Assembly: GCA_964638835.1 (NCBI GenBank)
Contig: CAZWZB010000033.1
Span: 1-33,990, forward strand
From: an uncultured Eubacteriales bacterium
GTDB lineage: Bacteria > Bacillota > Clostridia > Lachnospirales > CAZQDT01
DNA length: 33,990 bases
Reading direction: 5' to 3'
The translations under genes and the position numbers were made by a program. The notes beneath the pieces are model-generated. The model was not told the origin of the DNA. It searched no databases and saw only the letters and a program-made list of their open reading frames with translations. How positions within the stretch are numbered: the first letter of the stretch is position 1; each line of letters begins with the position of its first letter. Below are positions 29,670 to 33,990 of the stretch, piece after piece.

Positions 29670-31370
29670 TTAATTATTTTTTAAAATAAATCTACACATT
29701 GATTGTCTCAATAATTCTCCATTACTATTCATTTCTTCACTTAGAGCAGCAACTTGTTGACTAACTGCTGAATTTTCTATAGCACTCCTTGAAATTTGTT
29801 GTATTTCATTATATACTTCTTCAATGCCAATTTGTTGTTTACTAGATAACTTTGTAATATCATTAATAGCTTCCATAACTTCATTTACTTCATTTGTAAT
29901 ATCATTGAACGTTTTAGAAGTTTTTTTTGAAATTTCTTCTCCTATATAAGTTTTGCCAATAGCATTATCAATTAATGTTTTACTTTCTTTAACAGAATTT
30001 GAACATTTAATAGAAAGTTCTTGTATTTTATTTGCAATAACAACAAATCCAAGACCTGCTTCCCCTGCTCTTGAGGCTTCAATAGATGCATTAATTGCAA
30101 GTAAATTTGTTTGTTTTGCTATATTATCAATAGTTTCTGCAACGTAAAAAATTTTTTCAGATGTAATTCTTATATCATCAACAGAATTTACAAGTTCTTT
30201 TAATTTAAGATTACTTTTATCTATATTTGTTTTAATTTGTATAAAAATATCACTTATATTTTTAGATTTATCTGTAGTATTTAATGATAAATCTTTTATT
30301 TCATTTATAAATGAACATGTTTTTGTAACCGCTTCTGATTGAATATTTATATTATTTGCTAATGCCTGATTAGCTTCAGAAACTTGTTCAGCTCCATTTG
30401 ATATTATATTAGCAATTTCAGTTGTTTCAAAAAACATTGAATTATTAGATTCTATTAGTTTATGTATACTTTTTCCTAAACTATCACCATCAGAATAAAT
30501 CTTTACAGAACTTGTCATATCACCATTAGCAACTTTTTTTAATATATTTACACTTTCTTTGATATTTTTAACCATTTGATTAAATGAATTACACATAATA
30601 CTAACTTCATTTTTTTCATCATTATTTATATCTATATTATCAAAATTTAAGTTTTCAATTCCAGTTGATAACTGTTTAGACCATTCAGCTATTTTCTTTA
30701 TTGGTTGTGATATCTTATTTGATATTGAATTTGCATATAAAAATGCACAAATTATTAGGGTAATAATTAACAAAATAAATGTTCTAGCTAAGTTTTCAAG
30801 TAAAAATTCAACTTTAACAGCTTTAGCGTCTGCTTGAATTTTATAAATTTCATTAATTTTAGTTAATCCTTCAATTACAAAATAAACTTTAGGTTTTATT
30901 TCAATTAAATATCTTGAATATGATTCCTCTTTGTTAGTTTTAGATAATTCTAGAATTTGTTCACCTAAAATATGAATTTCTTCATGTGGTTTTTTTATTA
31001 TTTCTAAATAAGAGTATATTTCCTTATTTAATTTATCAAAATCAGTTTTAGGTGTCCAAAGAGGAAATTCGGAACTAAGTTTGTTTATATCAATATTTGC
31101 AACCTTTAGAGAAAAAGAACAATTATTTGGATCAAAAGTTTTTGTAAATTCTGTACCGGTTTGTATAGATTTATTTAAATCTTCGAGCCATTCATAATGA
31201 GAAATTATAGCTTCATTTGAGTTGTTTTGATTGGCTTGCATTCTAAGCAAATCTTTATTTGTTTTATTTGTAGAAAATAAATAAAGCAAAAATACAATTA
31301 CAATTACAATTATGGTTAAGATTATGGTTATATATCCTTTAAAAATTTGTGCTTTAATTGTTTTTTTCAT
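29670..31370 (-). CDS. Methyl-accepting chemotaxis protein
   Basis: 566 aa; TM1, periplasmic sensor region of about 160 aa, TM2, HAMP, and a conserved MCP signalling hairpin (...QTNLLAINASIEASRAGEAGLGFVVIANKIQELS). Confidence 0.9.
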   Translation of the reverse strand: MKKTIKAQIFKGYITIILTIIVIVIVFLLYLFSTNKTNKDLLRMQANQNNSNEAIISHYEWLEDLNKSIQTGTEFTKTFDPNNCSFSLKVANIDINKLSSEFPLWTPKTDFDKLNKEIYSYLEIIKKPHEEIHILGEQILELSKTNKEESYSRYLIEIKPKVYFVIEGLTKINEIYKIQADAKAVKVEFLLENLARTFILLIITLIICAFLYANSISNKISQPIKKIAEWSKQLSTGIENLNFDNIDINNDEKNEVSIMCNSFNQMVKNIKESVNILKKVANGDMTSSVKIYSDGDSLGKSIHKLIESNNSMFFETTEIANIISNGAEQVSEANQALANNINIQSEAVTKTCSFINEIKDLSLNTTDKSKNISDIFIQIKTNIDKSNLKLKELVNSVDDIRITSEKIFYVAETIDNIAKQTNLLAINASIEASRAGEAGLGFVVIANKIQELSIKCSNSVKESKTLIDNAIGKTYIGEEISKKTSKTFNDITNEVNEVMEAINDITKLSSKQQIGIEEVYNEIQQISRSAIENSAVSQQVAALSEEMNSNGELLRQSMCRFILKNN

Positions 31371-31404
31371 ATATTAACCTCTCTTTTTAATATTATATTC
31401 TTCT

Positions 31405-31433
31405 ATTATATCGAATTTTATAGAGAAAAACAA
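31405..31433 (-). promoter_or_regulatory. Candidate sigma-A promoter of the MCP gene
   Basis: Minus strand: TTGTTT - 17 nt - TATAAT, about 30 nt upstream of SD aaaagagagg. Confidence 0.45.
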
Positions 31434-31467
31434 TAAATTTTTTTGTGGAATTAAATTCTATGTTTAT

Positions 31468-31496
31468 TTGAAGAATTAAATTTATTATGTTATAAT
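31468..31496 (+). promoter_or_regulatory. Candidate sigma-A promoter of thiI
   Basis: TTGAAG - 17 nt - TATAAT with extended TG (tgtTATAAT); an 8-bp hairpin (31526-31551, agaagtgt/acacttct) follows in the 5' UTR just before the SD. Confidence 0.5.
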
Positions 31497-31568
31497 CTAA
31501 ATAAATTTTTAGTTATTTATAATAAAGAAGTGTATAATAATTAACACTTCTAAAAGGAGTTTGTTTAT

Positions 31569-32744
31569 ATGAAAAAAGTATTATTAATTAAATATGGTGA
31601 AATAGCTCTAAGAGGTAACAATCGTTATATATTTGAAGATAATATAATTGCAAGTATTAAAAAACGTATTAAAAATTTAAATAATAAATATAGAATATCA
31701 AAAGAACAAGGAAGACTTCTTTTAGAGTCTATAGAGGGTGATATTGATTATGAAAAAGTAATTCCTCCTTTAACCAAAATATTTGGAATAATAGGAATTT
31801 CTCCTTGTATTAAAAGTAAAAATCAAGATATAGAGAATATAAAATTATTAGCTTTAAGTTATATAAAAGAAGAATATAAAGATAAATCGCTAAGTTTTAA
31901 AATTGTAACAAAAAGAGCAAATAAAAAATATCCTCTTGAATCAAATGAAATTTCAAGTCAAGTTGGTGAATTTATTTTAAATAATCTAAAAAACTTAACT
32001 GTAGATGTTCACAATCCTGATTTAAAACTAAATATAGAACTTAGAAATGATTTATATATTTATTCAACAACTATAAAAGGTTGTGGTGGTCTTCCTATTC
32101 CTACTACTGGTAAAGCATTATTACTTTTATCAGGTGGAATTGATAGTCCAGTAGCTGGTTTTAAAATAGCTAAAAGAGGAGTGGAAATAGAAGGAATTTA
32201 TTTTCATAGTTCTCCTTTTACAAATGAGAGAGCTAAAGAAAAAGTAATAAGCTTAGCTAAAATATTATCAACTTACACAGGAGAATTTAAATTGTATGTA
32301 GTACCATTCACAGATATTCAATTATATTTAAAAGAATGTACCCCACCTGAAAAACTAACAATACTTTTAAAACGTTCAATGCTTAAAATAGCTGAAATTA
32401 TAGCTATAAATTCTAATGCTCAAGCAATTATAACAGGTGATAGTATTGGGCAGGTAGCAAGTCAAACAATGAAAGCTTTAGAGGCGGTAAATTCAGCAAC
32501 TAAGCTACCAATATTAAGACCATTAGCAGGTATGGACAAACAAGAAATAGTTGACATTGCTAAAGAAATAGGAAGTTTTGAAACTTCAATATTACCATAT
32601 GAAGATTGTTGTACTATATTTGTACCAAAACACCCTGAAACAAAACCAAAAAGACAAATAATAGAAAGCATTGAAAGAAATATGGAAAATTTAGATACAA
32701 TGATACAAGATGTTATCAAAGAAATAGAAGTAATAGAGATTTAA
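31569..32744 (+). CDS. thiI: tRNA 4-thiouridine(8) synthase ThiI
   Basis: 391 aa; N-terminal THUMP-type region; PP-loop LLSGGIDSPVAGF; SD aaaaggag. Confidence 0.9.
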   Translation: MKKVLLIKYGEIALRGNNRYIFEDNIIASIKKRIKNLNNKYRISKEQGRLLLESIEGDIDYEKVIPPLTKIFGIIGISPCIKSKNQDIENIKLLALSYIKEEYKDKSLSFKIVTKRANKKYPLESNEISSQVGEFILNNLKNLTVDVHNPDLKLNIELRNDLYIYSTTIKGCGGLPIPTTGKALLLLSGGIDSPVAGFKIAKRGVEIEGIYFHSSPFTNERAKEKVISLAKILSTYTGEFKLYVVPFTDIQLYLKECTPPEKLTILLKRSMLKIAEIIAINSNAQAIITGDSIGQVASQTMKALEAVNSATKLPILRPLAGMDKQEIVDIAKEIGSFETSILPYEDCCTIFVPKHPETKPKRQIIESIERNMENLDTMIQDVIKEIEVIEI

Positions 32745-32757
32745 TAATTATAAAAAA

Positions 32758-32800
32758 CAAACACCACTTATATTTAGTTAATGGTGTTTATTTTTTAATT
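32758..32800 (+). terminator. Possible terminator after thiI
   Basis: aaacacca ... tggtgttt stem with a large loop, followed by tattttttaatttttat. Confidence 0.35.
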
Positions 32801-32932
32801 TTTATACATATATAGAAGTGAACTTCTACCAACTAGAGGTTGATTTCAGTTCTTGATTTTTATTATTATATATGATAAAGTAAATTAATACAAAATATTC
32901 TGGATTGATAATATATTAAAGGAGAAATTTTT

Positions 32933-33990
32933 ATGAATAAACTTAAGAAAAAATTTATAACAACTACTGCTATTTTATGTACTATAACATTACAATTAGG
33001 AACTACAAATGCATTTGCAGAACCAGTAAATCTACTTAAACAAGAAAACTTATTATATCAAACAGAATATTTAAATAATGATGAAAAAGAATTAAATTTA
33101 ATTGAGTCTAGTGGATATGATATTAAGCCATTATCAGAAACTGTGTTTTCAAACTCTTTTGAAATTCAAGGAATAATTTATGCACCTATGCAAGATGGAA
33201 TAAATTCAGTTGAAGTTGTAGGCTATTCACAAGCTTTACCTGCAGAAGTAAAACTGCCAGAAAAAATTGAGTATAGTGGAACAGAATACAATGTTGTAAG
33301 TATTGGATATAGAGCATTTTATAATTGTAATAGTTTAGTAGAAATAATTATACCAAGTAGTATTACAACAATTAAAGAATATGCATTTTACGATTGTCAA
33401 AGTCTTATAGATATAAATATATCTGAAGGTGTTATATCTATTGGAAATAATGCTTTTAGTGATTGTAGAAGTATACCTGAAATATATATACCTGATAGCG
33501 TAAGTAATATTGGATATGGAGTATTTAGTAATTGTGGTAATCTTACAAATATAAAATTTAATGAAACAAATCCTTATTACATATTTGAAAATAGTACATT
33601 GTTTAATAAAAATAAAACTATATTACTAGGTTATTATGGTAGTAATAATATAGATTCATATAGTATACCTGAAGGAATTACAACTGTTGGAGATTATGCG
33701 TTCTATGGCTATTATAGATTTAAAAATATATACATACCTGAAAGTGTAACATATATTGGAAAATCTGCATTTTCTGGTTGTTTTAATTTAACAGAAATAA
33801 ATATACCATCTGGTGTTACTTCTATTGAAGATAAAATATTTTCTGGTTGCTATAAATTAGCACAAATAAATATACCAGTTAATGTTACTTCTATTGGTAG
33901 TAGTGCATTTTCTAATTGTTCTAATTTAACAGAAATAAATATACCATCTGGTGTTACTTCTATTGGCAGTTTTGCATTTTCTTATTGTTC
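32933..33990 (+). CDS. Leucine-rich-repeat (BspA-type, LRR_5-like) secreted surface protein, 3'-truncated by the window edge
   Basis: Not in the ORF track because it has no stop in the window. Hand translation from the ATG at 32933 (SD aaaggagaa) gives a signal peptide MNKLKKKFITTTAILCTITLQLGTTNAFA, then about 23-aa repeats of the form IP.SVTSIG..AFS.C.NLT.I. The frame stays open to the end of the window. Confidence 0.75.
   Translation, partial: MNKLKKKFITTTAILCTITLQLGTTNAFAEPVNLLKQENLLYQTEYLNNDEKELNLIESSGYDIKPLSETVFSNSFEIQGIIYAPMQDGINSVEVVGYSQALPAEVKLPEKIEYSGTEYNVVSIGYRAFYNCNSLVEIIIPSSITTIKEYAFYDCQSLIDINISEGVISIGNNAFSDCRSIPEIYIPDSVSNIGYGVFSNCGNLTNIKFNETNPYYIFENSTLFNKNKTILLGYYGSNNIDSYSIPEGITTVGDYAFYGYYRFKNIYIPESVTYIGKSAFSGCFNLTEINIPSGVTSIEDKIFSGCYKLAQINIPVNVTSIGSSAFSNCSNLTEINIPSGVTSIGSFAFSYC

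Overview
This is a low-GC (about 26-28% GC) Firmicutes/Clostridia-like chromosomal segment made almost entirely of core and housekeeping genes. It is dense and operonic, with many rho-independent terminators and recognisable sigma-A promoters, and I see no mobile elements, CRISPR arrays or rRNA. On the + strand from the 5' end there are three tRNAs: a partial tRNA-Val(TAC), then tRNA-Leu(TAA) and tRNA-Arg(ACG). A long minus-strand run follows: an ABC-2 exporter operon (secreted protein, ATPase, permease), then remB(DUF370)-gyrB-gyrA with its own promoter. Next on the minus strand is a galactoside module (GH42 beta-galactosidase plus GPH symporter), then a CapD/PglF-type sugar dehydratase, and a pspA to SPFH/zinc-ribbon (YdjI-like) to DD-carboxypeptidase operon. 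The + strand then carries recD2 and a block syntenic with the B. subtilis comF-flgM-hag region: comFC, yvyF, flgM (with a sigma-D promoter), flgN, two tandem flgK paralogs, flgL, fliW and csrA. No flagellin gene follows csrA. Instead come a convergent membrane-anchored glucosaminidase and a methyl-accepting chemotaxis protein, then divergent thiI, and finally a partial BspA-type leucine-rich-repeat surface protein running off the 3' end. The points most worth a second look are the duplicated flgK, the PspA-SPFH-zinc-ribbon-PBP operon, a 24-bp inverted repeat between pspA and recD2, and a GC-rich orphan terminator suggesting an unannotated sRNA upstream of the sugar transporter. There is also a 17-bp palindrome overlapping that transporter's promoter, and an SD-hairpin-GTG arrangement at the capD-like gene. 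I found no clear candidate for a defense or other novel accessory system. The window reads as core chromosome.
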